A DNA stretch of 63,233 nt, filler included, from Sphacelaria rigidula (GCA_964200075.2; 4 parts of 4 records of this genome joined end to end with filler, not necessarily neighbours in it), one strand, 5' to 3'. Counted from the whole stretch's first letter, positions 11,359-25,490 are shown. The notes: generated by a model not told the origin, from the letters alone. Numbers and translations are program-made.

Positions 11359-14300
11359 GTCGAAGAGCGAAGCTCCAAAAATGTACTTTTCTCGCTTCAT
11401 CGTTCTTCGGAAATGTCTAAAGTGACCCAGGTGGCAACTTACGCAATGCAGTGTAGCATATTTTTGCAGCAATTCGTCAAGAACTGGAACATGACGGTCA
11501 ACCTGTGTCAACATGCTACACGTACGCGTGCGACTTTTGAGTCGTGCACGCAATTTCCACTGGAGGCTATCTGCACCAGCGCGGAACAGAGTGTATTCCG
11601 GCCGACAATACGCCCTCAGTTGATGATTTGACACGGCGGAAGCGTACAATACTGGCACTACATTTTGAATGCTTCATACGTCCCATCAGTAAGTTGGTTA
11701 TGGAGTGCAGCTCATATTTCCCTAACGGGAGGTCCCTATGATGCGATTGTTAGGTTCCTTGAAAAGATTAAGTTAAGGGGATGCCCAGGAATATGTACAT
11801 ATATGGAGCCATGGCTCCTGAGATTGTTGAGGACAAAACTGTAAACGTTTTGGGATTTCCTTCGGACAGATTCTAGCATCATGCACTTCTCTAAAATTTC
11901 GACGTTCAGTCGCCCACGACTTGCCACGGCCAGGGTGGCCTCTCCCATTCACGCACCCCCACGTCGTAAACGGGGGCGCCGTTACGCAATGGCGTTGGAG
12001 ATAGCACTGGTGATTCCGGCAGGCAACTCAAGGGTGCCGGAAGGCATTCTAGATCTGCTCACGGAGGGCAAAGCTGTTGGTCCCCCGTACTCGATGAAAC
12101 AACGGAAACTGCAATGCCCCGATAGACGGCATGATACCGGGGAGCTCTACCTCTCACAAACGTCGGAGTGGGCGGCCGCCGCTTCTTACTCCGAAAAAGG
12201 CCGCGGCGCTTGGGACGACCGACAAGCAAAATTGGCCATCTACGCCCAGTCAACTGTCCCATCAGCTGAAAGAGATCGCGCTGGGATACGGCTCATAGAC
12301 CGTTAGGCGGTGGTCTACGAAAGAAAGGGTAAGACGTGCCTTGTCGCACGAAGCCGTCCCTTCCCGAGGACAAGAAGAAGCGCCAGGTCGATCTTGTCTG
12401 CGATGAGGTAGACAAGACAATCGGTAAACCCCTTGGCGAAAGAAATGTGACCCTCCGGACGAATCCGGACGAAACTCGATATATTTTTTCCCTGGGGCGG
12501 ACAAGGGAATGGGTCGAATCTTTTCAGGTGAAGCTATGCCCGGGGTTCTCCGCGATAATCACAAGAGCAAAAGCCACCTTCCGAAGACTACAAGGCTTGG
12601 ACAAATCATCGCCGGTTTCGAATCACCAAATCTACGATTTTCTGAATCCTGATTGTTCGGAGGAGAGAGAAAAGTTGACCGCGGGCCAAACAAGTCTCTA
12701 CTACGGGCTGACCCTGCGCTACTCCACGTGCCTAGGGTGCAACGCTGCAAAAAAAAGGCCCAGGGGCTGACTCGTACATTGAGAATGAATTGCACTAAAC
12801 GCAAGTAATTGTCAGACGAATCGCCATGCGTCCGACCCCCTGCGAGATTATGGTGGCAAACGCTCGGCCGGACTCGAACAACGACTTCGACGAAAAGGTC
12901 GGGATCTGGTGCACTCATGTCCTGAAAACGGCCGAGCGATCATCCAAGAGAAGGAAGAGGGGAAAACAGTACGAGTTTGACTGCGCCATTGACGGCGATT
13001 GGCACAAGCTGGTACCTCGAACGAAATTTTTCCTGCAATCAAGCTCAAGATGCCGTGGGTAAGTTTGAAGAGAATAAAAGTGTAGTGTAGCAGGACTGCA
13101 CGAGTCCCCACGCGGGGAAAAATAAACAGGAATCGTCACTCTGCGGGTATGAAGCGGGGTCGGATGGTAGAGCTTGTGACGCAGCCCTCCCAATCGCCAG
13201 ACTTGAACATTAACGACTTGAGCTTCTTCGCATCTCTCGAGTCAACGGTATGGAGGATGAACGCCAGTTTGATAGACTAGCTGGTGGAGTTTATCTTCAA
13301 ATCAGTATCAAGAGTACGACGGAACACGTCAGAAAGGGTTTGACAGAGTCTCAAGGCTTACAACCAACCACTCCATAAGTTAGGCGATAACGACTTCAGT
13401 GTGGAGCATACGGGGGTTGCGGCGCGGAAGAATGCGGAAACGTCGAAAGGGTGGTAACTACGAAGTTGACGCCCTCACTAGGGTCTTGGACTATCCATCA
13501 AGTTCCGGTGACGGCGATGACGACTGTTTTTTTTTGCGTTTTTTCGCCCTGGGAAAGGGGGGAGGAACTGCTACTTCGGGCCTACTGATTTTTTTCGATC
13601 GTTCGCCCACGCAGGGTATTGCGCGAAACAAATCGACTGAGAAAACCAAATACTTGAGGAAAAAAATACGGCCGAACGTATCGTGCGCGGTCAAGGGCCC
13701 CGGTAGACATAAACGACTTTACTCGTGGAATAGAGGAAGTATGCGTTGGGCCACGATTCATCACGCGCGTCGAGCGCGTTGCACCTGCTCTACGGTAGAG
13801 AGTACGTTAATATTGAAAATGAACGTAAAATGGATGACGACCGAGCAGAACCGACGCTCCGTTTTTTTCGGTTTTGTAGACCCTGTGCTCCGTTGATTCA
13901 CAGCATCAGCCATGCATAGATCAAGGGCTGTACTCACAGGCTTCTCGACGATGCCCGTACGATGAGTAACTCAGATTTCGGTGACGAGAAAACTGCGAGA
14001 AAAAACATTTTTCCAACGGTTTCGAGAGAAGCTTTCGCGTCTTGTGGAGCCCTCGACCTCACGATATATAGATGAAGATGACTGCATTGAAAAGCCTTGA
14101 CGAGAGCTTCAATCGACATAGGTTCTAATCCCCGAGGCGTCAGAATGCCAAAGGTAAAAAACAAATACAGAGCGCGCCTCAAAAGTAAAGTGATTTCCGT
14201 CACTATACAAACGTGACAGCGCCCAACTTGCCTATCAGGTTGGAACTCATTGACATGAGACTCTCGCTGATGAGCACATGCGTCCACACAGCCTTGCGGA

Positions 14301-15409
14301 TGATCGACTCTTCGACCGCCAACGCAACACCATGTTGTCCAGATCTCCCCTTGCCCCCCGTTGCCACGCAGCAGAGGACGCGGCATTACGCAGCGACGAA
14401 GTCACTTCTTCGTGATCTGCGCGTTTCGTACAACCCGCGGATGTCACAACCCGTCATTTTGCATTTTCGCGAGGCCACCTCAGCATGGCCAGCCCCGGAC
14501 AGTGTACCCAACGTTTTAGGTTGCTACGGTAACCTCCCCGATACCGTGCCTAGCTCAAGCGATACGCCTTTCTATTTGTTGCGTTCTCTATGATCGTGCC
14601 GTCCGAACTTTCTCGCGAGCAACGATTTTACTGTTCCGATTTCCCCTGGTCTGTCTAATCCACGTACATATCTTGCATTTTCATCTCAAGGAGAAGGTGC
14701 AATCGTCCCGCGTTGATCGTTTTCTCACTTGTATTTCACCTCCTTTAACGGGTTTCCAGCTACAGTACCTCAACTCTGAGTAAAAATCCGGCAGCTACGG
14801 GATCGCGCTTGGAGCCCATGACCGGATGAAACTCCTGGGGGGTATAGTTTGTAGCCCATCACTGCCGAAATGCTCACCCACTAGCCTGTAGGTTGCATCA
14901 ACCATCGACAGACCACATGCACAAGTCTATCGGTCATTTTACTTTCCTGCATGCATGTGGTCGCATTGTTAGCTTGCTGGTTTACCCCGTCGGACAGTGC
15001 CATGCACAGTCTGACCGTATCGAGGGCGGAGAAGGTAGACGTGTATGACGAGAGTACCACAGGGCACGTACTCTGCTGTTGGGGATGCTATGATAATCGC
15101 CCATAAATGTATATTTAGAGACAAATCCAAAAAGATGTCCTGATGGAAAAATCGAGCTAGCCAGTCAGCCAGAAACGAAGTATCCGTCGATCGGTTCGAA
15201 GAGAGCTCCATTAGGCCTTCAGCGCACATGACACACACTCTGCCCTGGTGCACTGCTCACGGCCGTATGGTCTATACATCATATTTCATTTTCAAGGGTA
15301 TTTTATGCCGATGTCACAGACGACCCACCCTCAGGGTGACTGTATACTTCGACAAACCCAAACTGAAACGCACAGACAGTAAAGTGCTGTAGTTTCTCTC
15401 CCGCTCCTG

Positions 15410-15734
15410 CGTCCTCCCCCCCGCCCCTGATGGGGTTGGCGTCGGTTGGCAACGACATCGTGAAACACGGCCCTGCGTAAGCTAGGCGACCAGGTCACCG
15501 GGGTTTTCTGCGCACTTGCGTTTTTTGCGGTAAACATGATGGTGGTCGAGCTAGATCATATTGTGCGGGGTGGGAGAACCTCAACTCCGCGGAAAGGGGA
15601 TGATCATTCGACGTAGTATTTACATAGTGAGACACCCATGAGGCAGTGTATAAGCCGTGGCTGCCTCTGGAAGTGGCGATACCAAAAAATAAAGCAACGT
15701 CTTGTAGGCTGTCATCCATATGCAAAATAACCAG
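15410..15734. repeat. Two adjacent interspersed repeats, cut by the linker
   Basis: 15430-15605 matches 47224-47402; 15630-15734 is the reverse complement of the 5170-5280 family. Confidence 0.75.
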
Positions 15735-15834
15735 NNNNNNNNNNNNNNNNNNNNNNNNNNNNNNNNNNNNNNNNNNNNTTAATTAATTAANNNNNNNNNN
15801 NNNNNNNNNNNNNNNNNNNNNNNNNNNNNNNNNN
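15735..15834. other. Artificial linker/gap (44 N + TTAATTAATTAA + 44 N)
   Basis: Spacer with stop codons in all six frames; identical to the other two linkers. Confidence 0.98.
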
Positions 15835-18110
15835 CACCCGACGCCTCCACGACCGGGGTCGCTCGTGCCTTCACCGCCTCGACCACCACTTCGCCCACCT
15901 CCTCCACCGCCACGTCCGCCGCGGGGTCACCCACGGTCGCAGCGGATGCGGGGACGGCCTCGTCGACAACAACAGCTTCGCCGTCGCCGGACGCCTCTGC
16001 CGCCAATGTCTCGACATCCTCGCTCACCACTTCCGCTGCCTCCGCCACGGCCACCTCAGCGGCCGTGTCCTCGCTCACGCTTGCTCCCAGAGAGGAGGCA
16101 ACAGACGCATCCGCAACGACACCTCTGTCGTCGCCTGCCGCCTCCGCCGTCAGGGCCGCTGCTGTCTCCGTCGCTTCGGGCATCACCTCCACTGTTCCCT
16201 CCAGGCCTGCTCCGGAAGCGGGCTCCTCCACGGTCACGGAGTCCACAACAGCGGGAGCGTCGGCGTCGGCTGCCGCATCACCTGCCGCAGACACCGGTGT
16301 CTCCACCGCGGGAGCTTCCTCCACTGCCGCATCAGCACCGGTGTCTTCGGCAACCGCAGCGACCGATGCATCAGCGTCAGCGACTGCGGCGTCGCTCGTC
16401 GCCTGCGCCGTCAAGGTCGCCGGTGTCTCCACCGCCGCCACCTCCACCTCCACATCCGCTGCCTTCTCCGCGCCTGCTTCAGCAGCAGCCTCCTCTACAA
16501 CGGCTGGTTCCTCCACGACCGGAGCTTCGGCATCACCCGACGCCTCCACGACCGGGGTCGCTCGTGCCTTCACCGCCTCGACCACCACTTCGCCCACCTC
16601 CTCCACCGCCACGTCCGCCGCGGGGTCACCCACGGTCGCAGCGGATGCGGGGACGGCCTCATCGACAACAACAGCTTCGCCGTCGCCGGCCGCCTCTGCC
16701 GCCGATGTCTCGACATCCTCGCTCGCCACTTCCGCTGCCTCCACCACGGCCACCTCAGCGGCCGTGTCCTCGCCTACCCTTGCTTCCAGAGAGGAGGCAA
16801 CAGACGCATCCGCAACGACACCTCTGTCGTCGCCTGCCGCCTCCGCCGTCGGGGCCGCTGCAGTCTTCGTCGCTTCTGGCATCGCCTCCACTGCTTCCTC
16901 CTCCACTGCGACGGCAGCGGGCTCCTTCACGGTCACAGAGTCCACAACAGCGGGAGCGTCGGCGTCGGCTGCCGCATCACCTGCCGCAGACACCGGTGTC
17001 TCCACCGCGGGAGCTTCCTCCACTGCCGCATCAGCACCGGTGACTTTGGTAACCGCAGTGACCGATGCATCAGCGTCGGCGACTGCGCCGTCGCTCGTCG
17101 CCTGCGCCGTCGAGGCCGCCGGTGTCTCCACCGCCGCCACCTCCACCTCCACCTCTACTGCCTCCTCCGCGCCTGCTTCAGCAGTAGCCTCCTCTACAAC
17201 CGCTGGTTCCTCCACGACCGGAGCTTCGGCATCACCCGACGCCTCCACGACCGGACTCGCCCAGGTCTCTACCGCCTCAACAACTACTGCTCCCACCTCC
17301 TCTACCGCCACATCCGCCGCGGGGTCACCCACGGACGCAGCGACTGCGGGGACGGCCTCGTCGACAACAACAGCTTCGCCGTCGCCGGCCGCCTCTGCCG
17401 CCGGTGCCTCGACACCCTCGCTCGCCACTTCCACTGCCTCCACCACGGCCACCTCAGCGGCCGTGTCCTCGCCTACGCTTGTTTCCAGAGAAGCGGCGAC
17501 AGACGAATCGCCAACGGCACCTCTGTCGTCGCCTGTCGCCTCCGCCGTCGGGGCCGCTGCTGTGTCCGCCGCTTCCGTCATCGCCTCCACTGCTTCCTCC
17601 ACGACTGCGTCGGCAGCGGGCTCCTCGACGGTCGCGGAGTCCACAACAGCGTGAGCGTCGGCGTTGGCTGCCGCATCACCTGCAGCAGACACCGGTGTCT
17701 CCACCGCGGGAGCTTCCTCTACTGCCGCATCAGCACCGGTGTCTTCGGCAACCGCAGCGACCGATGCATCAGCGTCGGCGACTGCGCCGTCGCTCGTCGC
17801 CTGCGCCGTCGAGGCCGCCGGTGTCTCCACCGCCGCCACCTTCACCTCCACCTCCGCTGCCTTCTCCGCGCCTGCTTCGGCAGTAGCCTCCTCTACAACC
17901 GCTGGTTCCTCCACAACCGGAGCTTCGTCATCACCCGACACCTCCACAACCGGAGTCGCCCGGGTCTCTACCGCCTTGGCCACCACTGCTCCCACCTCCT
18001 CCACCGCCACGTCCGCCGCGGGGTCACCCACGGTCGCAGCGGATGCGGGGACGTGCTCATCAACAATAGCTTCAGCGTCGCCTGCCGCCTCTGCCGCCGG
18101 TGTTCCGCCT
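15835..18110. repeat. Coding tandem repeat, 699-nt (233-aa) unit, at least 3 copies
   Basis: The anchor cacccgac occurs at 15835, 16534, 17233 and 17932. More diverged copies lie near 18925, 19393, 20095 and 20800. Confidence 0.9.
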
Positions 18111-21100
18111 TCGTTTGTCGCCACTTCTGTTGCCCCCACCATGGCCACCTCAGCGGCCGTGTCTTCGGCAGTTCCGGTTGCCTCCTCGGTCGATGCTCCG
18201 GCTGTCTCTTGCACGGTCACCACAACGGCCAAGCCCCCCTCGGCCAAGCTTGCCTTCGCACCAGCGGAGGCAGGCGCACCGGTCATGACAGTATTCGTGT
18301 CGCCCGTCGCACCGGTTACGACAGTTTTTGTGTCGCCCGTCGCCTCCACCGTCGGGGTCGCTGACGCGACTGCGACGACGGGATCATCCGCAACACCAGC
18401 GTCAGCGTTGGCTGCCGCCTCTGCGGCCGGTGTCTCGCCTTCGTCGATCGCCGTGTGAGCCGCGTTCCCCACAGCCACCTCAGCAGCCGGGTCCTCCTCG
18501 TTCACGCTTGCCGCCGTACCGGCGGAAACAGGCGCATCGGCAACGATAACTCCCGCATCGTCCGCCATTTCCACCGTCGGGGCCGCTGTCTCCACCGCTT
18601 CCGCCATCACCCCCGCCGCTTCCTCCACAGCGACGATATCTTCCACAGCTGGAGCTTCGGTGTAGGCTTCCGACTCCCCTGTCGAAGTGGTCAATGACTC
18701 CACTGCCGCGATACCCTGCACTGCCGCCTCAGCAACGGTGTCCTCGGCAACCGCAGCATCCGCTGCATCAACGACGGCGACTGCGGCGTCGTCCGTCGCC
18801 TCCGCTGTCAGGGACGCCGGTGTTTCCACCGCCTTGGTCTCCACTCCTGCTGCCTTCTCCGCGCCTGCGCCAGGGGCAGCCTCCTCAACAAGCGCCGGGC
18901 CCTCCACAACCGGAGCTTCAGCATCGCCCGCCGCCTCCACGACCGGCGTCGCCCGCGTTCCCACCGCCTCGGCCACTACTCCTCCTGCCTCCGCCACCGC
19001 TACCTCGGTCGCGGGGTCCTCCGCCGTCACAGCGACTTCAACGACTGTGGGAACGGGATTATCCCCAGCCACAGCGTCGACGTCGGCTGCCGCCTCTGCC
19101 GCTGGTGTCTCGCCCATAGGCGGGGCTTCGGTTTCGGCTGCCGCCTGACCTGCCGAAACCACCAATGTCTCCACCATCGCAGGGTCCCCTGCTGCTTCAG
19201 CAGCGGTGTCCTCAGTCACTGCAGTCGCCGCTGCACCAGCGACGCCAACTGCGTCGTCGCTCGCCTCCTCTTCCCCCGAGGCTGCCGGTGTCTCCACCAC
19301 CTCGGCCTCCAACACCGCTGCCTTCTCCGCGCCTTCTTCGGCGACAGGCTCCTCTACAACCACCGGGCTCTCCACAAAAGGAGTTCCGGCATCACCCGAC
19401 GCGGTCAAGACCGGTGTCGCCAGTGTCTCCACCACCTCGGGCACTGCTCGTGCTGCCTCCACGGCGGCCACATCAGCGCAGGTGTCCTCCCCGGTCACAG
19501 CTACTTCAGCAACTACCGGGACGGGATCATCAGCAACAACAGCGTCGGCTTCGGCTGCCAACTCTGCCACCGGTGTCTCGACCTCCCCGGTCGCCGCTCC
19601 CGCTGCTTCCTCCGCAGTTGACTTAGCGAACATGTCCTCGGTCACGCTTGCCTCCGTGTCGGCGGAGGCAGGTGCATCGGCAACGACAGCTTCGGCGTCG
19701 CCTGTCGCCTTCACCGTCGTGGCCGCTGCTGTCTCCGCCGCTTTCGTCACCACCTCCGCTGCTTCCCTCACGATCGCTTCAGCCGCTGGCTCCTTCAAGA
19801 TCACGGTGTCCCCAACAGCCGTGACTTCGACTTCAGTTCCTACTTCACCCGCCGAAGCCCCTGACGTCTCCTCTGCCGCGGCCTCCTCCACTACCGCCTC
19901 AACAGCGATGCCCTCCATGACAGCAGCATCCGCCGCATCAACGACGGAGACTGGGGCGTCGCTTGCCGCCTCCGCTCTCGGGGGTGCCGGTGTCTCCTCC
20001 ACCTCGATCTCCACCTCCGCTGTCTTCTCCGCGCCTGCTTCAGCGGCAGCATTCTCTGCAACCGCCGAGCCCTCCACGATCGAAGCTTCGGCATCACCTG
20101 ACGCCTTCACGACCGGCGTCGCCCGCGTCTCCACCGCCTCGGCCACTATTCCTGCTGCCCTCTCCACCGTCACCTCAGTCGCGGGGTCCTCCACGGTCAC
20201 AGCGACTCCAGCGACTGCGGAGACGGGATCATCAGCAACAACAGCATCGAAGCCGGCTACCGCCTCTGCCGCCGGTGTCTCGCCTTCGTTTATCACCGTT
20301 TGCGCTTCTTTCTCCACAGCTACCTCAGCGCCTGTGTTCTCCGCGACCACGCTTGCATCCGCACCGGCCGAAACAGGCGCATCGGTGACGACAGCTTCCG
20401 CGTCGCCTGCAGCCTTCACCATCGGGGCAGCTGCTGACTCCGCCGCTTCTGCCACAACCTCTGCCGCTTTCTCCAGTACTGCTCCAGCGGCAGGCTCCTC
20501 CACGATCACGGTGTCCTCCACGGTCGGAGCTTCGGTATCACCCGACGCCTCAACGGCCGAAGCCATCAGTGTCTCCACCGCCGCGGCTTCCTCCACTACC
20601 GCTTCAGGAGCGATGTCCTCAGCAACTGCAGCAACGGCCGAGTCAGAGGCGGAGATTCCAGCACCACCCACCGCCTCTGCCGACGGGACCGCCGGTGTAT
20701 CGACCGCCTCCGCCTCCACCTCCGCTGCTTCCTCCGCGCCTTCTTCAGCGACGGGCTTCTCTTCAATCGCCGTGTCCTCCGCACACGGAGCTTGGGCATC
20801 ACCCGACACCTCCACGACCGAAGTCGCCCGTGTCTCCGCCATCTTGGTCACTACTGCCACTTCCTCCACGGCCGCATCAGCCGCAGCGTCCTCCACGGTC
20901 ACAGTCACTTCTACGACGGCGGGGACGGGCTCGACAACAACAGCTTCGGCGTCGGCTGCCGCTTCTGCCGCTGGTGTCTCGACCCCCTCGATCGCCACTT
21001 CCGCTGCCTTCACCACGGGCACCTCAGCAGCCCCATCCTCCTCGGTTACACTTGACTCCGCGGCGGCAGGAACAGAGACATCAGCAGTGACAGCTTCACC

Positions 21101-24100
21101 GTCGCCTGTCGCCTCCACGACCGAGGTATTTTGTGCGTGGGTACTTTGTGTCTCCACCACCGTGGCGACTACTTCCGCTACTTCATCCACTGTGACTTCG
21201 GCAGTGGTGTCCATCGCCATCACGGTGTCTTCGGCAACCGTGGCCACGGATAAATTAGCGATAGGAGCTACGGTGTCATCCGCGACGCCATCCACAACCG
21301 CAGTTTCTTTTGACGGGGCTAGCGATGTCCCCCTTGCCTCGGCCAACATTTGCCCTGCGTTCTCTACGGTGACGTCAACCACTGTGTCCTCCACGTTCGC
21401 TATTTGTTCGGCGACTGCGGGGACGGTCACATCAGCAACCACAGCTTCGCCGTCAGCTGTCGTCTCCACGCCCGGGGCCGCCAGTGTCTCCACCGCCTCT
21501 GTCACCACTCCCGTCTCGACTGCCGCCTCCGCCTCGGCCACGAGTCCCACTGCCTTCTCTGCTGCTGCTTCAGCCGCAGTGTCCTCCCTTGGGATCACCA
21601 CATCTTGTACAACCGCAGACGCATCAGCAAAGAGAGTTTCAGCTTCGGCTGCCGCCCCTTTCCCCGGGGCCGTCGGTGTCACCAATGCCTCGGCAACGAT
21701 GACGTCATTCAGCTCCACAGGAAAAACGGTGACTGACGACGCCTGCCTTGCGGGCTCCGCATCCAGTTCGACGACTTTCGAGGTCGTGGGCGAAGCTCCG
21801 TCCCCAGCAATGACAAGAATCGGATCTGTGTCGGCATCGACGGCTTCCAAGGCCGCCGGCTCTACTTCCTTTTCTCGTTCAACTTGCTCCGAAGGCGAAT
21901 TAGCTGTTGCTGCCGCGGACATTGGAAGGGAGTTCACTTCCGCCTCGGCTTCTGTTCCAAGTACCGTTATGCGAGGGTACGTGGTTTTTCGACGTGAGCA
22001 GGATACAAAAGCGGGAGGCTGGATGTTCAGCACTTGCTAGTTCTTCGACAAGTCCAAGAATTTGCACAGCTCCGTCTTTGATGAGAGTGAGGGCTGTGGA
22101 CGGGGAACTTAGATTTGTCTCATCCAGAGCAGTGCGCAGTAGTTCATGATATTGACTATACCTACAATTTCTTCTGTTTACAAGCTTCTTGCTGTTCAAA
22201 CTCTCACTACGGGCTTGCGAACACTCTTTCCTGACGGATGCCTGGACTGCTTCCTACTGTTTCTTCATCGTTCCGCAGGTGAGGTGAGTTTTGAGCGTGC
22301 CGAAGAAAAAATGCACGTCCTCTTGGAAAGGCTAGCTCGTGTCCGGTATAAAACCTGCTGATCTCAGCTGCTGAACCGGCGCTTTTCAGGAGAGGCGACG
22401 GACGCTCAAAATGTACAGTCATTAGTATATCCACACACAGAGAGGTATCGGTAATCGTTTTCAGTTCTTCATGTTGCTCACTAGTATCGACTCTATGCTC
22501 CTCTGAAATTGCCGGCCATGAGACTACTACAAAATCGGTTTCAGATTTCAAAACCGAAGTCGGCGTCCATGCAGTATGTTTACAAAACAAACTGAAGCTT
22601 GTCAGAACACAACATTTTCGACATCAATGCGGTATTTTTCCGCACAAGCGATACTGTGATTTCATGAACCCCTCCGTGGCGGGACTGATCAAAACCCGAG
22701 TTCGGCTCAATGCTCTCGCATTGTACCCCACACCTGTCCTGCAATGGACGTACACTAGTGAACTGAACAGAAACTATAGCTCCACAAAAAAAAAAGTCAG
22801 CAGAGAGAGCAGACTGAAAAGAAAGAAAAGAAAGAAGAAAAGAAAGAGGGAGGGGAGAGAAGGGGAACACACGTGAGAGTAAAGCAAGCACACTAGGGGA
22901 ATTTTGTGCTCGCATTAACTGGTACTTTTCAACTTATGAAAGGCATAACCAACCATCTCTCGAGAAACACCAAAATATCTTGGATATGTATGGTCAGTAC
23001 CTGCGACTGGGTTTTGTGTTACATCGGGCGCCTCCGCAGCTGCAGGTTCGGAAGCTGCCGCACTCGGTGGGTCACCCTCGGGCGGGTGTACAGCTCCACC
23101 CAGTGTCCTAAATGCGCCAAATACACGGTCAACGAGCTTGCTTGCTTTGCCTGGTATGTTCCCCTCGGCAGGAACGGTTTCAACACCTTTTTCACCTATC
23201 AAAAACAAAAACAAGCGGGGGGCGGGTGGGGTCATCGAATTGTGTAGATTGTTCTGGATCTGCCACGCCGTCATTGAGAGGTGGACGAGTTCATGGAAAT
23301 GAGCACTTGCACAACACGACGACATATAGCCATCATTGTGTTATTGGATATTTCGACGGAGCGTCCGATTCAAGGGTTTATCGCATTGAGCTTCTACATG
23401 TAGCTGATGCCGTGCTCGGATCTCCATGGATTCTCAACGATGTTGATCCAATACTCAACTCCGACTCCTCAGCGTGGGCAGAATTGCGATCGGTTTTCTG
23501 TGACTCGCCCGCGCTCCTGACCGTCGCTGGTTCATCACTTCGAAGATGACACGTATGGACTTGACGTGTGCGACGTGGACAACTTGTACCGTCTCCCACG
23601 TGCGGCGAGACAAAAAACTCTCCCCTCGCTGCCGATCCATCATCTCGCTCGATACTTCACTCCTACGGGAAGGGGAAACGAACACCGCGCCTACCGATGT
23701 ACCAGGACACTGCCACTGAGTACTGTGTCGCTAAAATATCACACTTCCATGCGTTGCTCCATCAGTCTTGTTCTCGACGTACGTACTCATTTTTCACCAA
23801 AACTTAATTGATTGGTTGGTCGATCGCGTTTTCCATTCTCAAGTCACATCCGCGATCTCCCTCCGCCCGAACCTACCCCTCATTCGGCAAGGCGGGGGGC
23901 TGAGGGGGTCGACGAGGGTGGAATCTACTCGACAAGGTGGAATCTGAACGTCTCTTCTTGGAAGGGGATGCCCCCACAACGACCAGTTTGAATCTCATCA
24001 ACATGCAGTTTTTGTCCAGATCCAAACCCAGATTTGCCCACAGATTCAGAATTGCAGCAGTTTTGTAAGCGGTCACTAGTCCATCATTTACAAACCGAGC

Positions 24101-25445
24101 CTAAAAAACACGCAGACTCTCTCCACTCACGCGTGTTAGTTGTAGCGGAAGTCATTGCCAACCTACACACGGCAATCCTTGTTTGACGAAAATCCGTTTT
24201 GTAGTGGAGAAATAGCGATCGCGAGCGCGTCATATTGCAACCGACGTGTCGCTGCTGACCGTTTGTGTGCGTGTGCTGGGCGCGCGTCCCACAGAAACCA
24301 ATATGTCTCACTGAATTCTGAACAAAGTTGAGAGCAATGTCACGCAACACGTGCTCAGCTGATGAGCAACTACGGTTCGAACTGCGTGTTTTTGGTTTGC
24401 GGGGGCATCAACCTCCCCGCATTCACCGCTGACTGTTTTTGGAGTTGTGTGGCAAGGGTTCGCATGTGCCCCTGTCAACGGGACATACATGTTCCCCTTC
24501 AAGGTGTCCCAAAACTCCCTGCTCAAAAGGGGACATTCAGGCACTTTTTCTTCCAGGGGGAGCGGTATCACCGTGACCAATCAGCGGTCGTTTTTCAAAG
24601 ATGGAATGATGCCCTTGTAAAAGAAGGGTACCAAATAATATAGCGTTTTGGTTCTCATCACTCAAATAAAGGGTGTGGAACATTCCCACAACCGGTATCA
24701 TCACTCATGTCTCCTTGCACCTGCTGTTTGGGCTCGGTCATCTTTCACAGTATCAGTGGCACCAGCAGGAGAAACCACGAGGACGGCCGTGGGAGCAACA
24801 TCAGGAGGACCTGCCGGAGAATCTTCAGCATTCGCACCACCCCTCGCAACGACTTCGACGTACCCGTCAACAGACCGATCGGGCGTAGATACATTGTCAG
24901 CGTCGTCCACCTTTGCCGGCGCCTCACCCGCTGCCTGCTCTTCTGTTGCGCTGTCTCGCCTGAACCCGAGATCGCGGAGTGCCCCCAAGGCACCCTCGAC
25001 GAATGTGTTCGATGAGTCCGGTGGCGACACCTCATTCGGCGTGACGGGCGTAACGGGGGGAGCCTCGATTGGTTGTTGGTCTGCGGTTAACATTGGGGCG
25101 CGAGGAAGTATGACACAGAACAGGGGGAGCGCGTGGTGGTGAATACCAGCATAAGTGAAGGTATTTCAGTCTTACGAGGTGGGCGTTGTCAGCACAAGAA
25201 TGGAAACACGCATCGTGTTTACTTGTGATGTCTGAATGCTCCTGATTCATTTGACGGTCGTCACAGGGAACCGAGAGGTGAATTCGACATCCCCTTCGCC
25301 GATATACATGTATGAAATACATCACTAAAAATATGGCTTTTCAGAATACCTGAATCTCTCATTCTAATATTTTCACAAGTTGTTTCTCGACAGGCCACCA
25401 GTTGGCCGGGCTTCGAAGGGGCGGTGAGGGGGGGGGCAGGGGGGG

Positions 25446-25490
<45 letters not shown>

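Noticed and set aside
11004-11658. Dipeptide-repeat ORFs in several frames
   Set aside because: Translations of a microsatellite.
15779-15790. Stop codon of the 2084-aa ORF
   Set aside because: The stop comes from the linker, not the gene. The listed ORF start at 22033 is also intronic in my model.
15865-22040. Long plus-strand ORFs (944, 529, 392 aa and others)
   Set aside because: These are antisense shadows of the Ala/Glu/Val-rich CDS, whose codon usage rarely creates reverse-strand stops.
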